Source of the DNA: Barthelona sp. PCE
Lineage: Eukaryota
Direction: 5' to 3'
DNA length: 64,000 nucleotides
Assembly (NCBI GenBank): GCA_040285745.1
Contig: JAUFOR010000004.1
Coordinates: 1,178,001 to 1,242,000, forward strand
The notes below the pieces were generated by a model that saw only the letters and a program-made list of their open reading frames with translations, was not told where the DNA came from and ran no database searches. The first letter of the stretch is position 1; each line of letters starts with the position of its first letter. The translations under genes and the position numbers were made by a program. Positions 10,701 through 20,741 of this stretch are shown in pieces.

Positions 10701-12539
10701 ACCTACAACAGTCGATTTAGTAAGAGCAAGAGAGCTTAAGTAAACACCAATCACATCTACATTGGATTGCAATACAGAAACAGTAAGAGTTTCATCAGAA
10801 GCTCTTAACTGTAATACAAAACAATCTCGCATTAACACTTCTGTGCCTCTAACTAATGGGGGTTGATTGGATTCTCTTATAAACAACATTCTATTAATCC
10901 TTGTTAAGAACATATGATTAAATAAGCCCGGATTGACGAAAAATACATCTGATTCATTGATAAAAGTAACATTTTCACAAGCTAAAACCACTTTTTCAGA
11001 AAATTCAATCATTTCGCTTTGTAAAGGATCCCTTATACGGTAAAGTGCAGGTAATGATAATTGATCAGTTGAGTTCAAAGCAAAAATTACATTTAGTAAT
11101 TGTGTGTTATCAATATCTTTACCACTGAACAAAGTAAAGTCATTATACAGCTGCGAACCATATTGGACAACCTTTGTTGGGTATGAAGAAGATAAAAAGA
11201 TTGAAGTTGATGAAATTTGGACTGTACACTCGTGTGAAGGAGTATAAATAGACTCAGAAAGATTATATAATGAAGATTCGTGTACTACCATCGCTGAATG
11301 AACAATTAACCTTGAGCCAGCTTCGAAATGAACTTTCGAAACAAGAATACTATTAAACTCCACTTCTCCTTTAACACTAAGAATTTCAGTCTGAACAATA
11401 TTTATCTCTTTTCCCGCAACTACAACCATTGAAAATGATGCAAATGATGAATTAATGAATTTAATACCAGGAGAATATGACTGTTGTAAATTCATTACAT
11501 CCTTATTAATTCTAAAATACTGAACTACATTCACACCGCTACCAATAACAGTGATAAAGCTGTCAATGATGGAAAGTTTACCTTTCAAATTAGTTAATAA
11601 GATAACAATATTTGAAGAAGAAGAAACAAAATAATATGATAATCCTGTACTTGAACCATATAGATCATCTACTAAATGTATTTTGCAACTATCGATGTTT
11701 GTAAAATAGATACTTGCATCTTTCTGTTTACCAACGAAATTTATAGATGATATTTGTACGTTATTAATAGAAATATGATCTATTTCGACGGTAATAACTG
11801 CAGTTTTAACTATACCATACATCAAATAACCATTTCCTCTGAAATTCAATTCAGTTATATTGAATAGATGAGTTGATGTTCCAAATAATCTCAAATTATT
11901 CAAATGTATTTTTCGAATAGTTTGTGTTGAATTATTAACAATAACATTATCTTTGTCTACTATCAAACTATAACCATTGCCTTGATCTTCCACTGTCATA
12001 TTCCTTATTTTTGAATTATAATCATATATAATTGTAGATGTTCCCAAATAATTGTTAAGCGTTATCTTTGGTGATTGATATTCATCAATATCTTCTGAAG
12101 TCATATGCTGGTTCAAAAATCCATCACAATCAACTATGTGAACACTATTCGCAAGTATACTAAATCTTGAAAAATTTATGTTACGAACAGTAATTTTTGA
12201 ACTTGAAGGTTGTTCAGTTAATGTGATATCTATTGAGTTTTCCATCAATGGATCAACATTATCCATTATCAAACCACTAATTGTGAACTCAGAAGTGTTC
12301 AAAAAGATCTCTGTTTGTTCAAAATGAAATACATCTGAACAAAAATATGCTGTACCATCATAACAATCCATAACATTACACTTATTGGAAACCTCAACTA
12401 ATGAAGCAACGTTAATGCATTCAGAAACAGGACAAGTACATTGTTTGTCCGATTCATTAATAACAAGAAAAGCTACAGAAGATTGCCCTGTACAAACTAC
12501 TAAAAAGAAAAGTAAGGTGAACAACAGATTCAATGTCAT
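7791..12539 (-). CDS. Large multipass surface protein, paralog 2
   Basis: 1582 aa, same architecture as 3014-7735. Shared motifs: YVEGSTFLLS/YVEGSQFMLS, CAYGYSGSFCSEC/CQEGYNGPFCTAC, SVGYRDDYL/SAGYREDFL. Confidence 0.8.
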   Translation of the reverse strand: MTLNLLFTLLFFLVVCTGQSSVAFLVINESDKQCTCPVSECINVASLVEVSNKCNVMDCYDGTAYFCSDVFHFEQTEIFLNTSEFTISGLIMDNVDPLMENSIDITLTEQPSSSKITVRNINFSRFSILANSVHIVDCDGFLNQHMTSEDIDEYQSPKITLNNYLGTSTIIYDYNSKIRNMTVEDQGNGYSLIVDKDNVIVNNSTQTIRKIHLNNLRLFGTSTHLFNITELNFRGNGYLMYGIVKTAVITVEIDHISINNVQISSINFVGKQKDASIYFTNIDSCKIHLVDDLYGSSTGLSYYFVSSSSNIVILLTNLKGKLSIIDSFITVIGSGVNVVQYFRINKDVMNLQQSYSPGIKFINSSFASFSMVVVAGKEINIVQTEILSVKGEVEFNSILVSKVHFEAGSRLIVHSAMVVHESSLYNLSESIYTPSHECTVQISSTSIFLSSSYPTKVVQYGSQLYNDFTLFSGKDIDNTQLLNVIFALNSTDQLSLPALYRIRDPLQSEMIEFSEKVVLACENVTFINESDVFFVNPGLFNHMFLTRINRMLFIRESNQPPLVRGTEVLMRDCFVLQLRASDETLTVSVLQSNVDVIGVYLSSLALTKSTVVGLDSLYVNNQFSIEDSIIHFSTYDIKIHELQLFYFDLVIKSQFDISNIKLGIGSSITFEGVGIVEKLEMTDIVCEDCVDFGFWKFGEILFCHVNFTSTKLVRLNSYSVIFTESFTSNITLMLQCNYFGLSNSTFLNVEFLDTSVVYIPNMEIFDTKFVKVMFPETCLLHSVNKQLTESSGSFTFDIELTECTGCLLRVIARDVISLSGGIYWCRSFRFVIQDEEDDTITRFVMQNFHIEHNDSIPLFTLRDASMDVFTDVSFKAGENAVLPYIIAMNMHLIKDIPDGEVYFDKDVIFVQSLALDVIDCWNCYVNAHRIHGAIYYTNNLIEPTFFSNPNNVYFRCSIPTDLTLQFDAQVFHVLETLHPPVEGGNIDPEAIFCDRRFSNGYCVDIDILSVEKMDVKQIGLSSSIQLSVDYDFNYFLAHHPQPRMLLNGEISNLICFLDFGVPISLVLLYPFYIGEPMVLITRVCDAGFYYSTHAVCSPCVLGTVQLIDDYSGTTCEEVNDQLYHYVEGSTFLLSSKLTVYINDPIQNQFMLVKCIKNCKEGTFNFKDNDSPNCAYGYSGSFCSECSYSHDAMPLDGSCARCPSFMNTLIYLLLYILVVFLIICFLTWGHLLPWHKLLGHDQSFQEFGAVRLTKTIVSFMFLLVAFIPISLDGEKENSNKFKFEITNEAFWETIQCLLKRMGVPVEGAPRPIGLLCYFTFIAIVLIMLSYLKYRAKSQHTKDILLSICAAISSLTAPHILTDAVLLLCPISFDEELKHNMEGFSSFRPLLSPHFEITSYSDLFPYHLASCAGLVLGVFMVRIMMKESKIDHSFISVGYRDDYLSLPIIITMMRAVMNILYMLTARYPILLFGFGIILLFIYFRIQPMIFEFLNNLFGATIMIILILLQFLVFYLGENISVLAVLFFFSFPGLMIFIMVKKNRSSDFNVNRSMFNSNTPFLIKSKSSSQLYHKKADRRMFDMFD

Positions 12540-12604
12540 TCCAAAAAGTGAAGCAAGGTTGAGAAAGCAAAAACAGTTTTGTTTCTCCTTATATTACCTT
12601 TTCA

Positions 12605-14140
12605 ATGAATGGGATGGACGATAACATGCGGGGAGTCGGTCTCATGTTCAGGAATCTAGGGCTTTTTGAAGATTGTGTTGAAATTTCACAATTTTCTTGC
12701 AATAATATTGAGTTGGGCAATGAAGAAGAAATTCCAAAGATGTGTGACATGTGTTCTGCGGGGTTGGTACACTTTTGTATTGATCAATACAAGCTAGTGT
12801 TTGAGAATCTTGATGAGTCAGAATGTACGTATTGTTCTTTTTTATACATATATTCTTTTTTCAAATGGTTATGTAATCAGATAAGGCATAGGTTTTCCTC
12901 ATATGAAACGTTGGATGATATTCTTACACAGAATGTAATGGATAGTACTCTGTATTCTCATCATAATTTAATTATATCACATTGTCAAAGTATACTCACA
13001 CATTGTAACCCCAAACATGCCTTTCTGTTTCATTGGTTAATTGGAGAAACATTTTTACTATCCAATCGAAACGATGAAGCTTATAATGCTTTTTGGATTT
13101 CTTTTAAATTATTTCCTTTCTTTCCTTCATGTATTCGATCCCTAATATCGACACTACCTCTAATATCTAAATCTAATTTATTAAACGATTTTAATTGCTT
13201 CGTAATTGATTTTGTTAAACATGATCTTCAACAAACACAATGTAACATATTTAATTCTTATTCAAAACAATTTCAAATTGAGTTATTGGTACAATATTTT
13301 GACTTTCATAATGATAGCAAAAATGTAATCAAGTTTTTTTCTGCCTTTTCTTCTGCTGATGAGCTGAATAAGTTAAGAGTAACAGATTTATACTCAAACC
13401 ACCTGTTTTTGTTGGATAACGAGTCAAAACTAAGTCAAATAGTTAGTAATATTGATGTTGAAAGTTACAATACACTTATTGCTGAAGCTAATTATTTTTC
13501 GTTAAAAAATGATCGGAAAAAATCAATTCATGCTTTAACAAAGGCTATTAAGATGCAAAGTTGGCGTAATCATAGTTTTATTCTTTTAGCTCAAGAACTG
13601 ATTGAAGATTTCGTTTCGAAATATAGTGAATTAGCTTATAAAAGTAGTTTAAGGCGCAACAAACATTGTTACAAGTCTTATTTTGGCCTGGGGAGATTGT
13701 TCAATACAATTGGTCTGTTAAGTAATGCAGTGTACTATTATCAAAAAGCAATCTCGATTAATAGTAATATTACAGTCCTATGGAGTAATTTAGCTGCATG
13801 TTTGTTTGATAATAACAACATGGATCAGTGTGTTTTGGTTTATAGACGTTATTTCAAGATGCTTGATAAAGAAAACTTAGAGCCTAGCATTAAGCATATG
13901 GTTAAATATGGTGAAGCTTGTGATTTAACTGGGGAATTTCAGGAAGCACGTGGGGTGTACTCGAAGCTCATTAGTGATAATTTCCCTCTTGATATGTCCA
14001 GTGATACTGTTAAAGATGATGTATTACATTTAAAACAAGCAGCACTTTATTTAAAACAATACTGTATTGAGAATGATGTTTCTTCCAAGCTCCAAGAGAA
14101 GTTTGATGTTACCTTTGAATATTTAGCTGCTTTGTTCTGA
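12605..14140 (+). CDS. CDC23: Anaphase-promoting complex subunit Cdc23/APC8 (TPR), divergent
   Basis: DLYSNHLFL, ANYFSLKNDRKKSIHALTKAIK and YKSYFGLGRLF..YYYQKA match the Cdc23 TPR motifs (DtYSN.L, GNYYSL..HEKA, YRAWYGLGQ). Confidence 0.75.
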   Translation: MNGMDDNMRGVGLMFRNLGLFEDCVEISQFSCNNIELGNEEEIPKMCDMCSAGLVHFCIDQYKLVFENLDESECTYCSFLYIYSFFKWLCNQIRHRFSSYETLDDILTQNVMDSTLYSHHNLIISHCQSILTHCNPKHAFLFHWLIGETFLLSNRNDEAYNAFWISFKLFPFFPSCIRSLISTLPLISKSNLLNDFNCFVIDFVKHDLQQTQCNIFNSYSKQFQIELLVQYFDFHNDSKNVIKFFSAFSSADELNKLRVTDLYSNHLFLLDNESKLSQIVSNIDVESYNTLIAEANYFSLKNDRKKSIHALTKAIKMQSWRNHSFILLAQELIEDFVSKYSELAYKSSLRRNKHCYKSYFGLGRLFNTIGLLSNAVYYYQKAISINSNITVLWSNLAACLFDNNNMDQCVLVYRRYFKMLDKENLEPSIKHMVKYGEACDLTGEFQEARGVYSKLISDNFPLDMSSDTVKDDVLHLKQAALYLKQYCIENDVSSKLQEKFDVTFEYLAALF

Positions 14141-14334
14141 TAGTAAACGTTGAATTTTTTTTTTTTGTTAATGGTACTTGTTTAAGGGAAATATGGATTA
14201 TATAAGGATGCTAATATGGCTAGTAGGGATGTTTAGATACCAAAGATAACCGCTAATACCGTTCTTATGAAGAATTATTTTTTGGGTGTAAATCACTTTC
14301 TCCCCCATTTCTCATTTTACAATGATTTAAATCA

Positions 14335-17300
14335 ATGCCGAAATTATCAGAAGTAGATGCGCATCCCCTCTTGGCCAAGATCGTGGCAGCAAAGTCCTTT
14401 CAGAAGAATTTTGGAATTCTGAAGAAACCAGCCGAAGAGGAAACAAGTGTAGTCAAAGAAGAGCTGTTTACAGTCTCAGGGGTGCACAATTTGACAGAAA
14501 ATGAAGCCAGTGCAGCAAAACGAGCGTTGTTATATGCTCAAACTATCTCAAATCGATCTGATGAACAGCAATTAACTGTGGACCTTGTATCATCCCGTCT
14601 AAAATGGATATCTCAATTCTTCACTTTCGTTATTGAATATCTATTGTTTTTCTTTCAGCTTTTAGGTTTTTTATACCCATTTTATCGATATTGGAACGTT
14701 CCTTATCTATATTGGAACATAGGCAAGATGTTTGCAGTCCTGAACTTTGATTTTTTATGTTTTGGAACCCTATCAGAACCACGAGCTGCAAGTTCAATTA
14801 ATGTGATTGTATTTACAATTCTAATAATTGTATCTGTTTGGTCTATACAACGATTCAGATCTATACCAAAGACAAAACCTACATCATTAGCACCAATGTT
14901 ATATTTTAAGATTGTTAAATTTTTAGTTCTTCCTGTATGTTATCATATTGGTAGAACCATACAATTTCACACGATTCTCGGATACGCATTAGGTGGTAGT
15001 TACTTGCTTATCATCTTATATGTTGTTATACAACATTTAGTAGCAAAGCCAGTGTTTACCGATACGCTGAACCATGAAGCTTGGCTTTTAGGTATGGAAT
15101 GCGCATATGCAACTGAGTTGGATCCCACATATTTCAACACTCGTGTATTTTGTATGAGCCCATACACTTATCATGGAAGAAATTTTTGGTTTTTTGATTT
15201 ACTGAATCGTACTCTAATTATTGTATGCTTCTTTTATCCTGATTCAGTACTCAGTTTCGTACCTTTCCTATCTTCATTAACAGTCTCATCCTTATATTTA
15301 ATTAGACAACCGCTTCGTAGCATGGCTGCTAATACTTTTATGTTGGTTACCACAGTTGCTCTTTTATGTATCTTTGGTTTATATGCTGCTGCAGTATCGG
15401 GAGTTGTGAGTGTTTTGTTGCTAGCCCCTGTATTAACCTCGTTCATGTGGCTTTTTATATTAGTCGTTTTAATGATTGCAGTTATTTGTGCGATATTAAC
15501 AATTGTACCAATCATGCGTCCAAAAACTATACCTAGCATCAAGTCATTGCAACGTCACCCTCATGTTTTGAAACGTACAATGAAGCTAGCTCTGTTGAGA
15601 TTAGGTTTAACGCGCTTGGTCTCAGAGACAGCCTTTGCTCCTTTTGGGTTAATGAAGAAGACATTGATGGCTATTGATGGTCTATATCAAAAAGCTTTTG
15701 ATTTTAGGTCACCTCTGGCACTTCCATTACGTGAAGCAACTTTTTCCATTCTTTCATTACTAAAAACGTGTGAATTCGCTGGAACAGCTGTTAAAGATGT
15801 CATGGAGGACAGCTCTCTGCATCTCCCAGGTGGAAACGAACGTATCATTGTCCATCCCGAGTTCAAACCCTCAGTTTTCGAAATGTTTGATCGTGATTTG
15901 AGAGTTATGTTCATTGCGTTAAGATTTGTTGCAATGATCACAGAGGGCCGGACATTCTTGCCCTGGTACGAATCAGATTCAGAGGACGTTGATGATTCAG
16001 ATGATATACCGGAGGAATTACATCTCTCCCGTTTGAAGGAGAATTCTTATATCACAGAGAACCCCAAGACCATTATTGAGAGAGCACTAGAAAAGCAACC
16101 TGAACTCATGATCACATTGGAAGAAATTGCCGATCTGTTAGGCACAGGCTCTGGTTCTACACCTAACACCAGTCGTAGAGATCGCTTAGAAGGAATTATC
16201 CAGTACAAAGAGCAGTCTCTCATGCCAGGTTGGGTTCCTCAGTTGGTTATCAACGAAGGCCCTGTTGTAGAATTGAAGTTACCTGAACTATCTGAAGAAT
16301 GGTGGCAAAAACGTGATGAACTACGGTTATTGGAGCCTGATATGGGACCAAGAATGCAGCGTCAAATTCAATTCACATCAATTGGTTCTTCCTCTCGTAT
16401 TCAACGTACATTAAGCAGTAATCAATTCAGCCCCAGATCAATGAGTAATCACTTAAGTCCACGGAAATATGACAGGGCAATGATTGAAGCTGCTCTCCAA
16501 ACTGATGTTGATACTGATGATGAAGAATATATTGCCATTCCACCACTTTCTGTTGTTAAAGATAGTGATGCAAGTGTGAATGCTGTATTTTCACCCGTGA
16601 TCGACAAAAATAAGCGAGGAAAACTGCCTACTCCTAATATTTTGACACCAGCTCTCAGCAATGTTGTGAATAGCTTCAACGATAGTGCAAGAAGAAAGAT
16701 TTTAGCATTCAGCCCAATGTCACCAATACCCGATAATGATGGACCTTTTGAACAAGGAGCTAGTAAGTTGGGAAGTAATCTTTTCTCTAATGCAAATCAA
16801 GAGAATGAAGTTGATCTGGAGAAGTTTTACAAATCAACAGAGGATCTTCATACTTTTGAGAATATTTCTAGCGATGAAAGTATTGTTCCGTTGGAGGCTT
16901 CAGGAGTCCCAGAACAGGATGATAGTGTACCAATTCGAAATGTACCTGCAAAGAACACTGAATCTATGAGAGTTTTAAGTGAGTTAGGTATAGAACTGTC
17001 ACCGCGTCATAATACTAGAATGAGTGTCCGCCCACATTCTGATGCCGTTGATCCGCTTGAATCAACACAATTGATGTCCTCAAATTATGCTAAACAGAGA
17101 TTGCGAACAAATAGTGAGGCACAAGGTCAACTTTCACGTAATGCATTTGTGATGAGAGATCAGATCATGGAGGCGTTGAATGGCTTCTATACTAAACCTA
17201 GTGCTGCCAGAAAAGGTAAAATCATTAGAATGGGTGAAGAATGGATTCCAGTGTTGGAGCGTTGGGAAGCAGATTTTTTGAAGAAAACTGGAGATATGCC

Positions 17301-17484
17301 CAAGTATGAGGATATTCAAGCCATTGAACCTTGGATTTCAAGCTTTTTCGATGTTTTAAGTTTTATTAAAAGTGAAAAAATTAATGACGCACCTATTTCA
17401 TTTAATTCCATCCCTGTATTGATGCGCGCACATTGTAGAACACTGGCTACTGAGAGTGGTAGACTTGCAATCATTGATCAATAA
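14335..17484 (+). CDS. Multipass membrane protein with long Ser/acidic cytoplasmic tail
   Basis: 1049 aa; multiple hydrophobic segments in roughly aa 90-395; low-complexity tail; C-terminal LERWEADFLKKTGDMPKYEDI motif. Confidence 0.7.
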   Translation: MPKLSEVDAHPLLAKIVAAKSFQKNFGILKKPAEEETSVVKEELFTVSGVHNLTENEASAAKRALLYAQTISNRSDEQQLTVDLVSSRLKWISQFFTFVIEYLLFFFQLLGFLYPFYRYWNVPYLYWNIGKMFAVLNFDFLCFGTLSEPRAASSINVIVFTILIIVSVWSIQRFRSIPKTKPTSLAPMLYFKIVKFLVLPVCYHIGRTIQFHTILGYALGGSYLLIILYVVIQHLVAKPVFTDTLNHEAWLLGMECAYATELDPTYFNTRVFCMSPYTYHGRNFWFFDLLNRTLIIVCFFYPDSVLSFVPFLSSLTVSSLYLIRQPLRSMAANTFMLVTTVALLCIFGLYAAAVSGVVSVLLLAPVLTSFMWLFILVVLMIAVICAILTIVPIMRPKTIPSIKSLQRHPHVLKRTMKLALLRLGLTRLVSETAFAPFGLMKKTLMAIDGLYQKAFDFRSPLALPLREATFSILSLLKTCEFAGTAVKDVMEDSSLHLPGGNERIIVHPEFKPSVFEMFDRDLRVMFIALRFVAMITEGRTFLPWYESDSEDVDDSDDIPEELHLSRLKENSYITENPKTIIERALEKQPELMITLEEIADLLGTGSGSTPNTSRRDRLEGIIQYKEQSLMPGWVPQLVINEGPVVELKLPELSEEWWQKRDELRLLEPDMGPRMQRQIQFTSIGSSSRIQRTLSSNQFSPRSMSNHLSPRKYDRAMIEAALQTDVDTDDEEYIAIPPLSVVKDSDASVNAVFSPVIDKNKRGKLPTPNILTPALSNVVNSFNDSARRKILAFSPMSPIPDNDGPFEQGASKLGSNLFSNANQENEVDLEKFYKSTEDLHTFENISSDESIVPLEASGVPEQDDSVPIRNVPAKNTESMRVLSELGIELSPRHNTRMSVRPHSDAVDPLESTQLMSSNYAKQRLRTNSEAQGQLSRNAFVMRDQIMEALNGFYTKPSAARKGKIIRMGEEWIPVLERWEADFLKKTGDMPKYEDIQAIEPWISSFFDVLSFIKSEKINDAPISFNSIPVLMRAHCRTLATESGRLAIIDQ

Positions 17485-17653
17485 ATACATCAAATTTTTT
17501 TTCCTGTCATATACCACTTATTCATGTATTTACTTACCTTTGCGACTATAACTCGAGAAATCCCCATCGCCAAGCAAATGCTAATACCATAAATGAATGA
17601 AAAGAATACCTGTTTTCGTTTAAACGTTTTCACACCTTTTCAAAAGATTATAT

Positions 17654-18148
17654 ATGTCAAAATCCCCGCTTCCAGCACGCTTCGACACAAATAACCTGGA
17701 AGAAGATTCATTCTTCAATCCAAAAAATGAAATTGAATTTACTACAGGAAAACACCGTTTATCAACAACACAATCTGAGTTAATGCGTAAAAAGCAGAAA
17801 ACTGAGGTAAAGAAAGATAAGAATATTATAGATTTGAAAAGCATATTAAACACTAGAATTTCTACAGAAATACGAACAAGCACACTAAAAAAAGTTAAAA
17901 ACTATGGCAATCAGAACAGTTTAAAGGTTTGTGACAGTCCAGTTTTGCAAGAACTAAAGCATATGTCACAAGAACTAAAAAAAGATCATGAAAGACTCAC
18001 AAATACTGAACAAACTGAAAAATTATTACAAGAACAATGTTTAAACCTTGAAAAGGAACTGGTTCATATAAAAAAACTGCTTAAGGAATTGAAAAGAAAA
18101 CACAGTTCTGTGCAAATTATCAGTTTTGACGAATTTCTGGAAGACTAG
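17654..18148 (+). CDS. Hypothetical coiled-coil protein
   Basis: 164 aa ATG ORF with a heptad-rich C-terminus; fills the gap between neighbouring genes. Confidence 0.6.
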   Translation: MSKSPLPARFDTNNLEEDSFFNPKNEIEFTTGKHRLSTTQSELMRKKQKTEVKKDKNIIDLKSILNTRISTEIRTSTLKKVKNYGNQNSLKVCDSPVLQELKHMSQELKKDHERLTNTEQTEKLLQEQCLNLEKELVHIKKLLKELKRKHSSVQIISFDEFLED

Positions 18149-18177
18149 ACTACATACATAATTATCTTTAAAACATC

Positions 18178-19356
18178 TTAACGACGTCCTTCAACTGTTC
18201 TCAATCTTTTTTCAAATCTTGATATAACACGAACTAATTCACGGATTTGATGATCTTGATTAGTTACTGCTGTATGTAAACCGCTAAGGACTTGTTTAGA
18301 AACATTCTCCAAACTTTCAACCCTGCTCTCAAGACTACTCATACGTACCTCTTGTTTGGTGATCTGTTCCGATGAATACGGAATGGCTAAATCAACACTT
18401 TGAACACTATTGCTTGGAGAAACTGCTTCTGGAGATGGTAAATTTGGAATCTGAATAGTATCTGGCGAAATTTTATCTACCTTAGTTATTAACAATCGTA
18501 AAGCTTCACATGTCATTTTTAATTGTTCATTAACTTTTGTTTTCAATTTTGCCAACTCTTCACCAACACCAACCGGGGAAAGATTAACCTCTTCATGGTG
18601 TGCTAAAGTTTGCAATTTAGTAAGGAACTGTTCATTACGTTCCTTCATCATTGAAACCAAACTATCAGATTCTTTCATGACAACCTCATACTCCCCGGAA
18701 CTAACGACCCGGTTCATACACGAACCCATAACACTCATACCCTGAGCAACACTCTTCATCTCTTCTTCAAGTCTGGCAATACGTTTTTCCATTTCTGGAT
18801 TGGTCTGATTCTCATTATTTAACATCGAATATGCTCCTTCTATTGTGCTGGCAACCGATGCTGACTGCTGAGAGCCATCTTTGTTCATTGATTTAAGACG
18901 GTTTGCCTCCATACGTAATACTATATCGGTATACTTTCGTTTAACATCATCAATGGGTGGTATAACTGTTGATTCAACATATTTCTCAACAGTTCTTAGC
19001 GTCTCAGCCTTTGATGCATCTATAGCTGCCTTTTGGTCTGCCAAATTCTTTAGCAAAGATTGTTTAACAGAATCAAAGTCTGAAACTGCCGCGCGGATCT
19101 CAACAACTTCGTTGCGGATGGAAGAGACAGTGTTTTTAAACTTGGCATGTAGTGCTGTATTCACATTAACTCTCTTTTCTGTTTTTCTCATACGAGTAAC
19201 ATAAACGTTGTGTTCGCTTGAAATTCGCTCTACCTCTGATAAAACTGTCTCGAATTCTTCTGCAATATTGTTTTCTTCAATCGCTGCTTGATGCTGTTGA
19301 GAAAATGGGGGAATTTGGTGCAAAACCTCTATATCAGGTGAATTTGATTCGCTCAT
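18178..19356 (-). CDS. Hypothetical coiled-coil protein
   Basis: First in-frame ATG at 19356 (MSESNSPD); the track's TTG start is unlikely in a eukaryote. Extensive heptad pattern. Confidence 0.7.
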   Translation of the reverse strand: MSESNSPDIEVLHQIPPFSQQHQAAIEENNIAEEFETVLSEVERISSEHNVYVTRMRKTEKRVNVNTALHAKFKNTVSSIRNEVVEIRAAVSDFDSVKQSLLKNLADQKAAIDASKAETLRTVEKYVESTVIPPIDDVKRKYTDIVLRMEANRLKSMNKDGSQQSASVASTIEGAYSMLNNENQTNPEMEKRIARLEEEMKSVAQGMSVMGSCMNRVVSSGEYEVVMKESDSLVSMMKERNEQFLTKLQTLAHHEEVNLSPVGVGEELAKLKTKVNEQLKMTCEALRLLITKVDKISPDTIQIPNLPSPEAVSPSNSVQSVDLAIPYSSEQITKQEVRMSSLESRVESLENVSKQVLSGLHTAVTNQDHQIRELVRVISRFEKRLRTVEGRR

Positions 19357-19668
19357 AGTTGTAATACGATTAATGACAAGATTGTACCCAATGAAAGAAG
19401 TGAAAAAGGAAAGGCGATCAAAAGCACTTCTCAATTAAATCTAGAGAAATATTACAATCAACCTGGTCTACTTAGACTCAAATACTCAAAGTACGTATGT
19501 TAAAGCTGATAAAATGAAGCATTAAAGGTGAGAATTCATTGCCTGATAAAGAAAAAATGTCAAACTATTGTTCTACAGATATTAAAACAGCACAAAATCA
19601 TATAAATTATAACTGTTCCTTATCAAACTTAATAATAAACAATTTTATTGCTAATAAAGCGATTAAGA

Positions 19669-20661
19669 CTATTGAGACTGTGTAAGTATCTGTGATTCCT
19701 CTTCACTATACCCAGTCAATGCTTTGAGGTTTTCAACCGCTGGTTTAATTATAATTTCTTCGTCTAAATTATTAATATGACCTTTTTCTTTTTCTTTTAT
19801 AAAATCATCATGTTCAGAATATCTCCAATCATATTTACGATCATGATACAACAACAATCTGTCTTGATATTCTGCTACATTACCAGAAAATGAACGTTTC
19901 GAAAAATCTAATTGTCGCAATCTATAAATAATTCTGTTAACTTCAATTTTTCGCTCTTCTTCTTCTATCTGATCTAATAAGAATGATTTATAATCTTCTA
20001 CAATATTTTCATCTTCGATACTATGATAAAGAGCAGAAATACTTAATAGTGAATAATCTTGGATAAAGGCAAAATCATTGGTAACAGAACGTTGAATCCA
20101 ATCACAACCCTTTGCATACGCATACTCCGCAGCACTGTGATCAATGTATTGACCAGCATATAAATCAGATATATAAGAATATAAGGATATGAATGGATGA
20201 ATGGAAGTAATATGAAAATTCAAAGTTTCTAACACACGCATTTCATAAAAACAAAAGCTTTCAATTGGGACATTATGTTTTATAAACATATCAGAACTAA
20301 ATAAACGATGACTACTGAATATTCTTTGTTCTTCCAATTTTGCACCCAAAATTAAGCAAACAATAATTAAAACTTCTGGCGGGTATGTTGCAACCGAATG
20401 TAAAACATAGAATCGTCGAAATAATGATAAACAACGATAAATTGTGGAGGGTTTTAACATTGGAGTTTCTGGTACAGATGCCCATTGTGCGTTGAGTGCT
20501 GACTTGATAAATGACTCATCGTTGACCCATTCGATAAGTTGATGACAATAATATGAGACTACTGCATGTTCTTCGGTGTGCAAAAGTTTTTTGGGATGTG
20601 AGAACTTCTCCTCCTTCCGCTTGTTTTGTCTGGAGATGAACGCTTCAGTCCAATCTTCCAT
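19669..20661 (-). CDS. CCNH: Cyclin H-like (CAK/TFIIH cyclin)
   Basis: Cyclin box FRRFYVLHSV..YPP...CLILGAKLEE and EMRVLETLNFHITSIHPF, typical of the cyclin H/C group. Confidence 0.75.
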   Translation of the reverse strand: MEDWTEAFISRQNKRKEEKFSHPKKLLHTEEHAVVSYYCHQLIEWVNDESFIKSALNAQWASVPETPMLKPSTIYRCLSLFRRFYVLHSVATYPPEVLIIVCLILGAKLEEQRIFSSHRLFSSDMFIKHNVPIESFCFYEMRVLETLNFHITSIHPFISLYSYISDLYAGQYIDHSAAEYAYAKGCDWIQRSVTNDFAFIQDYSLLSISALYHSIEDENIVEDYKSFLLDQIEEEERKIEVNRIIYRLRQLDFSKRSFSGNVAEYQDRLLLYHDRKYDWRYSEHDDFIKEKEKGHINNLDEEIIIKPAVENLKALTGYSEEESQILTQSQ

Positions 20662-20741
20662 AGAAAGGGATTAAAAGGAATATAATTCAAAAAACATGTT
20701 GTTACAACTATCTCCCTTTTCAGTGATATTTCAACCATATA
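20662..20741. promoter_or_regulatory. 80-bp bidirectional promoter with a TCCCTTT motif on each strand
   Basis: Divergent cyclin H / WD40 starts; AAAGGGA at 20664-20670 and TCCCTTT at 20713-20719. Confidence 0.55.

Noticed and set aside
14224-14232. A second TAGGGATGT matching the putative hAT end
   Set aside because: Only 9 bp, with no partner repeat or TSD. Likely chance, which also tempers confidence in the outer TIR call.
17531-17575. TACTTACCT suggesting the 5' end of U1 snRNA
   Set aside because: No U1-70K loop, convincing cloverleaf or Sm site; too little space before the next ATG.
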